Shown piece after piece: positions 1-12,440 of a DNA stretch of 64,000 nucleotides (its first letter is position 1; each line of letters opens with the position of its first letter). A model generated the notes under the pieces. That model worked only from the letters and a program-made list of their open reading frames with translations, was not told where the DNA came from and did no database searches. Source of the DNA: Octopus vulgaris (Eukaryota); the NCBI GenBank assembly GCA_951406725.2, contig OX597814.1, forward strand, positions 150,164,001-150,228,000. Reading direction: 5' to 3'. The translations under genes and the position numbers were made by a program.

Positions 1-372
1 AGTGGAAATTGAACCAGTGAGTGTGTTAAATAATAAGGCACTAAAAGAGAATGACTCTCCTCAGACACAATAAAAAGTATTATGTTTTATTTCAATGTCT
101 TAAACTTTTGAAAAGATCTGAGTATTTTATCTTGACTTGCTTTCTCCATTTTATAGAGAGAAAGAAAGGATGAGGAAAAGGGAAAGCAATCATGGGAGGA
201 GAAACTAGAGAGAATTGGAATAACAGGTGATGGAGAATGAGACTGATATAAGTTACAATGAGAAAGCACAAAGAAATAAAACAGGATAGTCTAAATGCCC
301 TAGATGTTCTTTTTGTCTTTTAATATCTTGCTTTCTCCAGTCTCCTGATAAAGAGAGAGGGTGAGAGAGAAG

Positions 373-404
<32 letters not shown>

Positions 405-964
405 ACACAAAAGTGAAAATCAGAAAAAGAAGATTAAATAGAAATAGAGGCTAACAATATTTTACTGTAATTCTAACTTAAGTGACAATACAAAGATATT
501 CTATTTCATTGGTCAAACAGTTTGTAATGTTTCAGAATGATCATATTTCTCCATCATGTTATTTCTATACTACTAACAGATATCGTTTGATCTGCATCTC
601 CAAAAGAGAATAGCTGTATATTTGTAAAAATGATGCAGAAGGAAACACCTGTTCATTGTAGCTCTACCTGACAGAAACAGCAGTGAGGTGTACCACAAAT
701 TGCACCTTACACTCCTATGTATATATATAATGGGAGCACCTCTACTTAATTGCCATACCTGCTAGGAATAGCAGCCAAATCTCCCTTAATTCATAAATCA
801 CAGTCTTGCATTTCTTCATATATATGGAGCCAACAAAGGAGTATCTACTCTGTGTCCTGACCTGATATAAACAGCAAACAATTCTCCCTCAGACTTTGTT
901 CTACTGTCTTATGTATGTATGTTGTTTTAATACCCAGTCATCATTGTGTACCTCCATTAGTGTA

Positions 965-1826
965 CAGCATGTCCCAAAAGTCACTGAGGGGTTTCAGTTT
1001 TTAACAACTTCCTTAACTTTTCAAATAAATGCCTGAAATTTTGATAGAATATAAAAGACATAATGGAAATTAATATGCTTAAGTCAAATTTTGCAACACC
1101 ACTACAGCACATATGAGAAATGACATTGCTTATATGGCAGTTATTTTTGGCTTTGCACACCTGTGCTCTTTCCAAGACTTGCACCATAACACCTTCAAGA
1201 GTTTCAGACCCTACTTCTCTGATTTCTCAATTGATGTTCTTCAGTTGGACCAGGGTCTCTGGTTTGCTGACGTAAACCCTTTCTTTCAGGTATCCCCACA
1301 AAAAAAATCTGGGATAGTCAAATCTGGGGAATGTCAAGGCCAGTTGACATTGCCATAGCAGGAGATTATTCTTTCTCCATAGCATTGCTGTAGCAACTGC
1401 ATTGTTTCTCTTGTGGTCCGAGCAGTTGCTCCATCTTGCTGGAACCATGTGTGAGATCTATTTTGAATGGCTGGGTGCAAAAAGGTCTCAGTCATTGATA
1501 CCTGAAAGAGAGGGTTTATATCAACAAACCAGAGACCTTGGTGCAACTGAAGAACATCAATAGAGAAATCAGAGAAGTAGGGTCTGAAACTCTTGAGGGT
1601 GTTATGGTGCAAGCTTTGGAAAGAGCACAGGTGTGCGAAGCTGAAAATGGCTTCCATGTAAGTGATGGCATTTTTCATATACGATGTAGTGGTGTTGCAA
1701 AATTTGACTTGTGCATATTAATTTCGATTATGTTCTTTATATTATATCAAAATTCTATGTATTTATTTGTAAAGGTAAGGAAATTATTAAAAATTGAAAT
1801 CCATCATTTACTTTTGGGACACCCTG
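965..1826 (-). mobile_element. Non-autonomous Tc1/mariner DD41D (rosa/Visitor-type) derivative with ~330-bp inverted arms
   Basis: TA flanks at 963-964 and 1827-1828. Ends cagcatgtcccaaaag / cttttgggacaccctg. Arms ~965-1293 and ~1498-1826 are reverse complements. The minus strand reads WFQQDGATA...NWP*HSPDLTIPDFF(fs)WGYLKERVY, with 41 residues between the 2nd and 3rd catalytic D. Confidence 0.85.
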
Positions 1827-2223
1827 TATATACACATAATGATTACCTCTTCTTGTCAGATGATAGCCATCTCACATTCAGCCTGATTGTTCTGATTTAC
1901 TTTCATTCTTGCATGTGCATGGATATGACTTCTCTTACCATCCATCCATCACCATAGGCCTTTAAAAGTACAAAACAGATCAAGAAATGATCCTTTGATA
2001 TATATATATATACACACACAAATACCTATTTACATACATACATGCACACACACATGCATGCATACATACATTCATACATACATACATGCATGCAGTTGTT
2101 CATTCATCCATTCACAGATTGATGCCAAGCTCAGCAGATATATATATATTTCTAAAATGAGTTGTTATTTTAGATGATAATTACTGAGGATGTTGTTTTT
2201 GTTTTCTTTAATTTCGTTTATAG

Positions 2224-2299
2224 ACATAAGCAATCCAAACTTCAAGATACCATCTGATGATGACATGGTGCCTCCACTTGACTTGTGCATTCGGACAAA
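2224..2299 (+). CDS. MINDY4: Penultimate coding exon of a MINDY4 (FAM188B)-like deubiquitinase
   Basis: Acceptor ttcgtttatag, donor gtaagt. The only open frame is (D)[24 protein letters not shown](K), resembling the recalled MINDY4 C-terminal motif DLVPPLELCIRTKW. Confidence 0.85.
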
Positions 2300-2482
2300 G
2301 TAAGTTCATAAAATAGTCAGCATTTTATTTTATTGCCTTCATTTTCTGCTTGATGGATGGGCTGTAGTCATAACCTTTGCAGGTCATTATAGACTGGTGA
2401 AGCTAAGGCAATCAGAGGAAGAAACACTATACATATGTATATATGTTGTGAGTTGGATTTGTGTGTATGTACATGCATACTC

Positions 2483-2850
2483 ATATCTGATTATGTGTGG
2501 ATCTCTCTAAGAATTTTGCTTCCCAACCAGATAGTTCTGATTTCATTCCCACTGCATTGAGCTGTGGGCAAGTGTTTTCTACTGCAACCTCAGGCCAACA
2601 AAATTCCATGTGAGTGGATTTGGTAGACAGAAACTGAATGAAGCCTGTTATAAATATTTGAGTGTGTGTGTGTGTGTATTTTTTCCCCACAGCTCCTTCA
2701 GAACCTGTATCAGTTTGTTTATGTCTCTGTATCTTAGCTGTTGGGCATTAGGGGTCAATAGAATATGAGTATTGGGATGTTGTTCAACCTTCCCTTCAAG
2801 GTGGTTCTGTTGCATGGTTGCAGTTCTGAGACTGAAACAAGCAAAAGATA
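2483..2850 (+). mobile_element. SINE family A, degenerate copy
   Basis: Diverged match to the family A body (gtgagtggatttggtagacagaaactga...gactgaaacaag). Confidence 0.65.
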
Positions 2851-2936
2851 AAGGTTTAATGGTAAAAACTGGATGCATAGAACTCAGAACATGAGTGTGT
2901 GTATATATATATATATATATATCTTTTTTATTTTTA

Positions 2937-3328
2937 TTTTTTACTTGTTTCAGTCATTTGACTGTGGCCATGCTGGAGCACCGCCTTTAATCGAGCAACT
3001 CGACCCCGGGACTTATTCTTTTTGTAAGCCCAGTACTTATTTTATCAGTCTCTTTTGCTGAACCGCTAAGTAACGGGGACATAAACACACCAGCATCAGT
3101 TGTCAAGCGATGCTAGGGGGACAAACACACACATGCATATATATATATATATATATACATATAAACGACAGGCTTCTTTCAGTTTCCGTCTACTAAATCC
3201 ACTCACAAGGCTTTGGTCGGCCCGAGGCTATAGTAGAAGACACTTGCCCAAGGTGCCACGCAGTGGGACTGAACCCGGAACCATGTGGTTGGTAAACAAG
3301 CTACTTACCACACAGCCACTCCTGCGCC
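2937..3328 (-). mobile_element. tRNA-derived SINE family A, full length
   Basis: Minus-strand head ggcgcaggagtggctgtgtgg (A-box-like) and gggttcagtcc (B-box-like), internal (TA)n/(TG)n tract, tail gactgaaacaagtaaaa. More than 10 copies in the window. Confidence 0.9.
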
Positions 3329-4475
3329 ATATATATATATATATGTGTGTGTTGTTGTGTTGTTGTGTACATATGTATATATATATATGTTTATATATTC
3401 TCAAGTCACTTTATAACTTTTACCAATTAAAACTGATAATATAAATCATCATTATCACAATCCTCTTTTTAGCTCATATTCCATGCTAGCATGTTGGTTG
3501 GTTTGAAAGGATATGAGGAATCAAAAATCTGTATCATGCAACTCTGCCTACTTTGGCATGGTTTCTATGACATGATGCCCTTTATATTGCCAACCATTTT
3601 ACAGTGTGTGTTGCCTACATTGTTTTTCATATAACCAGCACTAGTGAGGTAGCTATGCAACTTATAAGACTATGGACCTCAAGAGAGATGGCTTTATATC
3701 AGGAGATGAAGGGTTAAAGTATGAGAGAAGAGATCAGAGCAGATCAGGTTTCTTGTTGTTGAGGCACTAAAGGTTACTTGCATTTTAGAGGTGGTGGGGG
3801 GCGCAGACGAAAAGGGAATGTGGGTGGGTGGGTGGGTAGGGTTTTCAAGAATGTGTGGGAGAGTGAATGATGGGGAATGAGTGAATATAATGAATGAAGG
3901 ATAAGTGTTGAAGAATGGAGGTTGTGAATGGTTGATAAGGGGTGCTATAATGCATGGGATAAGGAACAGCTAAATAGTAATGATAAAACAAGAGAAAAAG
4001 AGAGCAACAGAGAGAAAGAAAGAGGGGAGTGAGAAAGAGCGAGAGAACATGTGGTTGGGTAGTGAACATGTGGTTATCATAGTGTGTGGGTGAGGGAGAG
4101 AGGCAAGCAGGTTCTATTCCACTTACTTCACATCTCCTCTTGGGTAAATGTTTTTTTATCATTGCTGGGTTAACTAGTGCATTATCAGTGAAATATATTG
4201 AACAGAAACTGAGTGTAAACTTATAGATGTATGTAAATCATTGCATACGGTACATACGTTTGTGGGCATCTATATCTGTGTTTATCATCACACCTCCTAA
4301 AAACTGATGTTCAGTTGAATTTTATATCCTATATCTTACAAGTTTGAGAAAAAGATTGATAACATAATACCAGATTGTAATGACTGTTTGGTTCAGTATG
4401 ATTGATTAAACACTTAAAAGATTATGTCTCAGCTTAGCTACAGTCCAGTGGATGAAAGTAGTCAAAGAATATAAG

Positions 4476-4670
4476 GTGGTGAGGTGGCAGAATTGTTAGC
4501 ACATTGGACAGATGCATGGGTGCATTTCTTCTGGCTCTTTCTATTGTGAACTCAAATCCTGCTGAAGTAAATTTTTTCTTTCATCTCTTTATATTTAATA
4601 AAATAAAGTATGAGTTCAATTCTGGGGGTTGATGTAATTGGCTTGCCCACACCTTTCAAAATTGCTGGCC
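4476..4670 (+). mobile_element. SINE family B, old degenerate copy
   Basis: ggtggtgaggtggcagaattgttagcac...tttcatc...gatgtaat...aaaattgctggcct matches family B with the ancestral tail. Confidence 0.6.
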
Positions 4671-5300
4671 TGGATGGCTGCAATGGACCAACCGTTCATG
4701 GAGGAAGTTGTGATTTTGACTACGTATATGCCTTACAAAATGGGTAATCAGCTTTATGAGTCCTACGGTATGAAAAGAAAAAAGAAACTATCTATCTATC
4801 TGTCTCTCTGTCTGTCTGTATATTGGCCTGCTCACCTAGCCAGCAGGGTGGCATCATTCAAATGCTATAATGATACAAAGTACATTGTGACCAGTGAGGT
4901 GTAACAACCTTCGATAGCCTGGTCACTCACATATCATGTGATATATATATATGCTCATATGTGTGTATGTTTGTGTGTTTGAGTGTACATATATAAATAT
5001 GTATATATACATGATTCTGCCTTTACATTTCTATATATATTTTATGTTCTTGTATGCATACTGAATTTCATAGTTATTTCATTTTTAATGTTTTGTTATC
5101 TGATATGTAAAATCAATACCTATGCATGTATTTATTTCTATATTTATACATAACACACACCATATATGTGTGTATATGTGTGAGTGTCTGTCTATACATA
5201 TATATATATACACACACATTCATATTAATATCATTAAATGATGAGAATATCACTATATGAATGCATGCGAATATATATGTATGTATATGTATACACACAC

Positions 5301-5355
<55 letters not shown>

Positions 5356-5750
5356 GTGTGTGTAAGAGATCAATAGCCTTATGTGTTAGGACAATGCAGT
5401 TGTCCAAGAACAGCAGCATTCCAGACTGAATGTATTTATTGTATCTAGTGCAATAAACCATTAAGATAGATGATATTTATTCTATGTGTCTGGAGAGGAA
5501 AGAAATTAATTTTGTAAATGGTGACTTTCCCATAGAAGACATTACAGAGAAGTAAAATGTTGCATGATGGGAAATTCAGCCTTATCCTTAGGTTAGCGAA
5601 CTTAATGTGATTAATTAAAAAAAAGCAAAAAATAATAATGAAAAAAAAATAGGAAATGGTACTATAATAAGACAAAATTAGGCTAACTTAACCAATGAGA
5701 TACAAAGATCATTTCTTGGAGTCTTATCTACAGCCAATTTCTATTTTCAG

Positions 5751-5799
5751 GTGGCATAATGCCCGAATAGACTGGAACTCTACAGAACCTTTGCTCTGA
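5751..5799 (+). CDS. MINDY4: Terminal coding exon of the MINDY4-like gene
   Basis: Acceptor ctattttcag. Phase-compatible with the previous exon (AA+G = Lys), giving [16 protein letters not shown] (TGA 5797-5799). Recalled vertebrate MINDY4 end: KWKGASVNWNGSDPIL*. Confidence 0.85.
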
Positions 5800-5859
5800 A
5801 CTGTCTTTCCTGAAAAAGCAAATCATTTTTATTGTAACACAGTTTGCTGTGAATTCAAA

Positions 5860-5897
<38 letters not shown>

Positions 5898-6188
5898 TTA
5901 TATATATATGTATGTATACATGTTGATATATATGTGTGTATATGTGCATGAATGTATATAGTGTGTTTGTATGTATGTGTGTGTATTTGTATTGTATATA
6001 CATATGTATATATAAAGGTGTGTATGATTTTCTGTGAAAATTTGTGTGCTGCGTGGTTAAAAAAAGTCAAAAGAAATTCTATAATATCTAGTAAATTTAA
6101 TAGTTCTTTATAATTAAATGAAAATTTAATATAAGCATTTATGATTAGTTTATTCATTTTTACTATTAAAAGCCTATAAGTATGTATG

Positions 6189-6228
<40 letters not shown>

Positions 6229-7012
6229 TACATATACATGCATACATACATATATCTGTGTGTATATATGTTTCTATTGTTATTATCATTGTTATTATTA
6301 TTATTATTATTATTATCATCATTATTATTATTATTATTATTATCATCATCATCACTGGCACAGACATGCACACTCACACACTGTCTATGCATAGGTAAAC
6401 ACATGATCAATTCATTAACCAACTTTATATACACACACTGCAGTTAACCTAAACAAATAATTGCTTTTCTATTTTAGAAGGGTCATGATTTTGTTCTCTT
6501 TCGGAATCTCTCTTAGAATTCAATTAGACTGCTACAAAGTTGTTTACTCTGGACGGATTTTATGTAACTTTCGGATTTTACTTGCTTCTCTTCATAAACT
6601 TTTAATTACTCATTGCTGTTGCAGAAAATCTTGTTTACCACCTGCCTCTTAAATGAGTCTCTGAGTTATTCCTTTTTAAGTCTCTGAGCTCTTTGTCGTA
6701 AGATTCTGAGATGTTATTCATGAGATTGTGTTAGTCATGAGGTATTGATTAATCAGTCATTTCTATAATTGATATGGTCTAGAATAATAGTAATATGTTT
6801 GAAGCTAGCTTCATCTTTCATAATACCATTGATGTGTTTTTCTTTGATCAGTCACTTATTCACAGATAGGAGTTATATCCTGTAATTAGAGATAGTTTTA
6901 TTTGACTGTTTTCTAAGTATTGTCATGTAAGGAACTCATAAATAACCCAAGCAATTGACACATTGATTTTCTCTTTGTGCAAAGGATTTGGAAGATGTGA
7001 CATCTCCTTTAA

Positions 7013-7232
7013 CCTTTTAGCATTTAAACTGGTCGTATCTGGCTCAAATATACTATTTGCTTTATGTTTAAACCAGCCAGATCCAGCCTCTCATACCTAA
7101 CCTACAATGTTATTCTAAAAATAAACAATCACATCATCAAAATCTCAAAGCTGTGAGATAATGCATGGTTAATTTAAAACAATATTGATAAATAAGCATT
7201 GCATTTGACAAAATAATCTGAATGCTATTGGG
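7013..7232. mobile_element. piggyBac-like MITE
   Basis: TTAA at 7009-7012 and 7233-7236. Degenerate terminal inverted repeats (TIRs) ccttttagcatt / aatgctattggg. Confidence 0.55.
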
Positions 7233-8009
7233 TTAAGCCAGCTTTTCAGAGGCTTGTTTATCTATGAAGCTGTTTTTATAAGACAATCCTTGTGAGGCAT
7301 ATGTACTAATTTTGGCACCAATATTGTGCTGGTAAAGGGAGTTCTTGAGACAGTCAAGCAACTATATAGGATTCGCAGTAAATGTAATGTGCTGATCCAT
7401 TGATTAGTTTCTCAGTCAAATTTTCCATCATTTTATGATCTTCCAGTTGAGGTTATCTCAACAGAGAGAAGGGGAGGGAGAGAGAGTATGCATTTGTGTG
7501 TGTGTGATTCGGTTGTTATTTCTAGCTGGATGAGTGATTAGATAGACATTCGATAATTAATTCATAAGTATGTATTTAGATAATGGAAGAGTACTAAGAT
7601 GAAAGGATGAGTGCAGTTATTGTCTGAATGTCAGTTTTGTTAGCTGCAACTTATGAATCCAGTTTAGTAACAGTTACAAAGCCAACAATAAGGTACTTAG
7701 TGATAAACAAAGATCAAACTGATAAAAACATGATGCAAAAATCCATCCATCCATCCATCCATTTTCTCCACCCAACAATTCTTGGGAGGGTTGTGTTGGT
7801 AGAGTCCTCAGGCACCTCCTTTATAGGGTTTCATCAGAAGCAACCATCATTACACTTTCTGTCTAGATTACCAAGCATGACCAACTGAGACTATGCAAAT
7901 AGAATGTACAAACTGGTGCAGTCCTTTGGCTTACTAGCCTCTGTCAGACCATCAAACCTATCACAACATGAATAACAGATGTTAAATAATGATGATGGTG
8001 TTAAGTTAA

Positions 8010-8378
8010 TTTTTTGGCTCAAAAAGCAAAAAGCAAGGCCATGTAGTGGGACATGGAGTTATGTACAGGGAGGGTGTTCATGCAAAGAGTTCAGGCCATT
8101 TCTGATCAAGAGAGACTTTGAACCGAGCAGTCGTTGGCATCTTCACTATCTCGTCCGGCAGCTTATTCCACGGATCCGCAACTCGGACGGAAAAAGCCCC
8201 TCTCCTTTGATTGAGATGAAATCGTCGCAGTTAGAGCTTTTTGGAGTGACCCTGCAGCCAACGCTCTGGAGCAGGAGTGAAGAACAGCTCTTTCGAGAGG
8301 TTACACTTTCCTCTTATGATGTTGTGAGTGAGAATGAGATCACCACATCGTTGTCGTTTTTCTAGAGAATAAAGGTGT
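8010..8378 (-). mobile_element. CR1-type LINE 3' end (ORF2 C-terminus plus 3' UTR)
   Basis: Minus strand reads LYSLEKRQRCGDLILTHNII...QGHSKKL...AFSVRVADPWNKLPDEIV...FKVSLDQKW, the typical CR1/L2 C-terminal pattern. Confidence 0.85.
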
Positions 8379-8679
8379 AAATGTATACCCTAAATAGCTC
8401 AGAAAATTTTAATTTTATTAGCCATAAACTCCTCTCAGACATTTCGACATGTAATCATGCTGCAACTAATTTGTATATTATTCTGATGCAATTTGACTGA
8501 GTCCACTTTACCAGTATTTACTGATCTTACAGAATGGAAACTAGAAGTAACAAATCAGCATATTTTGGCTATGATACAGCACTGTATCTATTAAACCACT
8601 GTGTATCAGAGTTCACGGTGTAGATCTTCAACTATAACACATTTTTAAGGTAATTTTCTTTCACCACTGTCATTTTAAT

Positions 8680-8910
8680 CCATCATCATCATCGTTTAAC
8701 GTCCACTTTCCATGCTAGCATGGGTTAGACGATTTGACTGAGAACTGGCGAACCAGATGGCTGCGCCAGGCTCCAATCTGATCTGGCAGAGTTTCTACAG
8801 CTGGATGCCCTTCCTAACGTCAACCACTCCAAGAGTGTAGTGGGTGCTTTTAAAGTGCCACCGGCACGAGGGCCAGTCTAGCAGTACTGGCAACGGCCAT
8901 GCTCGAATCC
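8680..8910 (-). mobile_element. Retroposon family E fragment with (GAT)n tail (RTE-like 3' end)
   Basis: Minus strand ends gcatggaaagtggacgttaaacgatgatgatg. Degenerate relatives lie near 3445-3670 and 7880-8000. Confidence 0.65.
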
Positions 8911-9852
8911 ATAGCAATCAAATATTTGAATGGCTCAATGGATCTGTGGAACATGTTACCTTGTTGTTTCACTGTCTATTGAGTCAATGGAGGAGCTTCT
9001 ACATGGTCATTGACCTACTCACTAGAGGTAACAGCTGAATTCCTACTAATCATTCTATTTTAAAAAGGAACACATTGATTAATTTGATCCAGATTTCTCT
9101 GAACATAGGGAAATGGCACAGCTGAAATTCTTTGAACATAAATCTGTTTGATTTAGATTGATCTCTACCTAAACGACAATGTCAGTCATCTGTCTATGCA
9201 TCATACTTGTTGCTATTTAGCCCTGATCATCTCAGAGAATGCAGATCTATGGTTAGAGGCTTTCCTGTCATGACCATTTAGTCCATTTAAGTATATCCGG
9301 ACTACATTAACCAAAGTGTCTTTCCTAATTTGAAGAAATTAGTGATTGATTTAAGAGACATTTGGTTTTAAAAGGTCGAGTGATCATATTGTGGCTCCCT
9401 CATTCATTCACCATTTCATTGTAAAGCCACTTGTCAGAGCGGCCGGATGCTAAATGACAACATCAGTAGTAATGATAACAATAGCAATTAGTCAAAGCTG
9501 TGCCAGTCTTTATTGTTAACCGACAGTCTTGAAAAATTGTGACATCATGTAAAATAGTATTTTATTCTTTCTGTTGCTGACTCAGAATGAATGAGAGTAA
9601 TACATTAATATCATCATCATCATCATCATCATCACCACCATCATCATCATAATAATCACTATTTTCATGACTGTTACAGTCATCATAACCATCAACATCA
9701 TCATAGTCATCATCATTGTAATCATCATCATCATCTTCATTGTATTCATCATCATCTTCACAACGCAAAAACAATATGTTTATGTTTATGGCTTTGATAA
9801 TTGTAAAGCACTTTGATATATTTACTCTCTCTCCTCCTCATATATTTATTAT

Positions 9853-10099
9853 AATTTAGGGTGTCTAAGAGATACCTCCATGCTGGAAATAGCAGTCAAA
9901 ACACGACTCTAAAACCACATTAAATGTTCATACAGCACCAGGAGAGAAGACAAAAGAGACAAAATAAACTATAGTTTATTTTTTGCTAGTTTATTTTGTC
10001 TCTTTTGTCTTTGGTGCTGTATGAATATTTAATATGGTTTTAGAGTCAAGTTTCAGCTGCTATTTCCAGCATGGAGATATCTCTTAGATACCCTAAATT
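9853..10099. repeat. Long fold-back inverted repeat (~115-bp arms, 15-bp spacer)
   Basis: 9853-9971 is the reverse complement of 9987-10099 (aatttagggtgtctaagagata... / ...tatctcttagataccctaaatt). Confidence 0.9.
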
Positions 10100-10187
10100 T
10101 TAATTTTAAAAAATTATTACCGTTGAAAGGTTTTTATTCCCATGCTGGCCACCTGATAAGATCGGTATTTAAATATTGATCTTATCC

Positions 10188-10221
<34 letters not shown>

Positions 10222-10602
10222 TATATATATATATATATATATACACACCTTGCTGTTATCTTTGCCTCTTTAGTTCAAATCCAATTACAGTTGACATTAC
10301 ATGCATTGTACCATCCTGAGATTCATGAGATGATGGAGCCTTGTTCACCATCAGTTTCAACAATGAGCATTCAAATGTTAGATCAATTGGACAATTTACT
10401 TGTTAGATTAACATGCAAGTGACTGAGTATTCCACAGTCATGTGTGGATTTTTTCATACCTAACAGGCAGTCAAAATGACACACCATGTATACAATCCAT
10501 CTGTCAGACTTCCACTACTTAGTTTCATTTAAAAAAAACATGCGATGGAACCAAGGCTATGGTAAATGACATTTGCCAAAGATGCTGAAGGATTATCATT
10601 GA

Positions 10603-11030
10603 TGCAGGTATGGCTTTGTGGTTAAAAAGCTTGGTTTGCAAATGCAAGGTTTCTGGTTCAGTCTCACTGTGCAGCACCTTGAGCTAATGTCTTCTACTGT
10701 TCTCCTAAGCCAATTTGGTATATGGAAACTGTGTTGAAGCCTGTTGTATATATATATCTATAGATATGTGTGTGTGTGTGTGTGTTTGTGTATGCATGTG
10801 TATGTATGTATGTGTATTTGAGTGTGTTTTTGTTTTTGTGTCTCTCAACACTTGGCAACTGGTATTGTTTTGTTTATGTCCCTGTGACTTAATTGTTTGT
10901 GCAAAAGAAACTGACAGAATATGTAGTGGACTTAAAAAGTAAGCACTGATGTCGATTTGATTGGCTAAATTCTTCAGTGCAATGCCCCAGCATGGACACG
11001 GTGCAAAGACTGAAGCATGTAAAGAATTAA
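10603..11030 (+). mobile_element. SINE family A, degenerate copy
   Basis: Head gcaggtatggctttgtggtt...ggttcagtctcactg; tail ccccagcatgg...gactgaagcatgtaaa. Confidence 0.75.
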
Positions 11031-12134
11031 AGAAGCCAAGCAGTGGGATGAAAAGCACAGGACATCATGATTACAAAGTAAATGTCTTAACCATTTGGCC
11101 ATGCCTACACCGACTGTGAAATAAGGACTGGTCAAGTGATTGGTTGATTCAACAAATAAAAAACCTTTCCCCGAATTGTGCCAAAGTTCATCATTATCAC
11201 CATCACAAGCCTATTATTGTTTTGCTCAGGTGTGGTTGTTGTTGATCATAATAATGGGAAATGATGATTGATGATGGTAAAAAATAAAACTAAAATTAAA
11301 ATAAATAAATTTTATTGGTAAAAAAATTAAAATTGTTTACTGTCAGTGATATGCTTAATTTGTATTGCTAAACTGCTGCTGTTACTACCACTACAACTAT
11401 AACTACTACAAATAATTTATAATTTGATATTTATGCAACATACATGAAAACATCTGAGGTGAACAAGACAAAACAAAACAAACATTTAAATACAAACAAA
11501 ATAAAATAAAACATTCAGTCTTAAAACAGAAAATAATGTTGACCAGACCCAGGAATAAATCAGTCTGTGATAAAAACAATGATGACATTTTTTATTATGA
11601 GTTAATTAGAACTATTATATGGTAAGGCCTCAAGATGTTTTGTTCACAAGTGGTACTCTTATCAAAAGGTTAACTTCCACACAAAAATGGCTTGTCTCTT
11701 AGCATCCAAAATATAAACATTATAAAGAAAGAACCAATAAAAACAACATTGAAATGTTGCAAGCATACTGTATAGCAGCATTATCTAAAACATACTTATA
11801 TCATTAAATGATCATATGTGATTAGATGAAAAAAACACCCTGAAAGGAAAAAATATTACAGTGATTACACTAGCAAACGTACAGAGATTTGTAATAGATA
11901 AAATTAAGATCCTGAAGATGGATTTAAGTGCACCTTTTACTAGATTACACATTGAACATAGAACATCTGAGTTCTCATAAAAACATACTTGCTACAAAAG
12001 GAAAAAATGGTCACTAAGGAATCTATCACATACAAAATATATGAGACCCTACATAAGAAAGATAAACCAACAGGCACAACCACATAATCAAGAACTCAAG
12101 CCAAATTTGAAAATACTACAAAACCTATAGATGT

Positions 12135-12440
12135 GGTAAGCGTCTTCTGCTATAGCCTTAGGGAGACCAAAGCATTGTGAGTGGATTTGGTATATGGAAA
12201 CTGAAAGAAGCCCATTGTCTATATATGTATGTATATCCATGTGTTTGTGTATTTGTGTTTGTCCCTTACCACTGCTTGAGAATTGACGTTGGTTTGTTTA
12301 TGTTTCCCTAACTTAGCGGTTTGGCAAAAAGGACCGGTAGAATAAGAACCAGGCTTAAGAATTTTTTCGACTAAATCCTTCTAGGTTGTGCCCCAGCATG
12401 ACCGCAGTCCAATGACTAAAAGCAGTAAAGGATAAAAGAT
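12135..12440 (+). mobile_element. SINE family A, 5'-truncated
   Basis: gtgagtggatttggtatatggaaactgaaagaagccc...ccccagcatgaccgcagtcc. Confidence 0.8.

Noticed and set aside
640-900. Three ~100-bp degenerate repeats (acctg..agaaa.agcagc.aa) also seen near 9.0, 9.3, 18.8, 33.2 and 54.1 kb
   Set aside because: Probably an old dispersed repeat family, but boundaries and class could not be supported.
9562-9774. Acidic Asp-rich 70-aa ORF
   Set aside because: Degenerate (GAT)n microsatellite.
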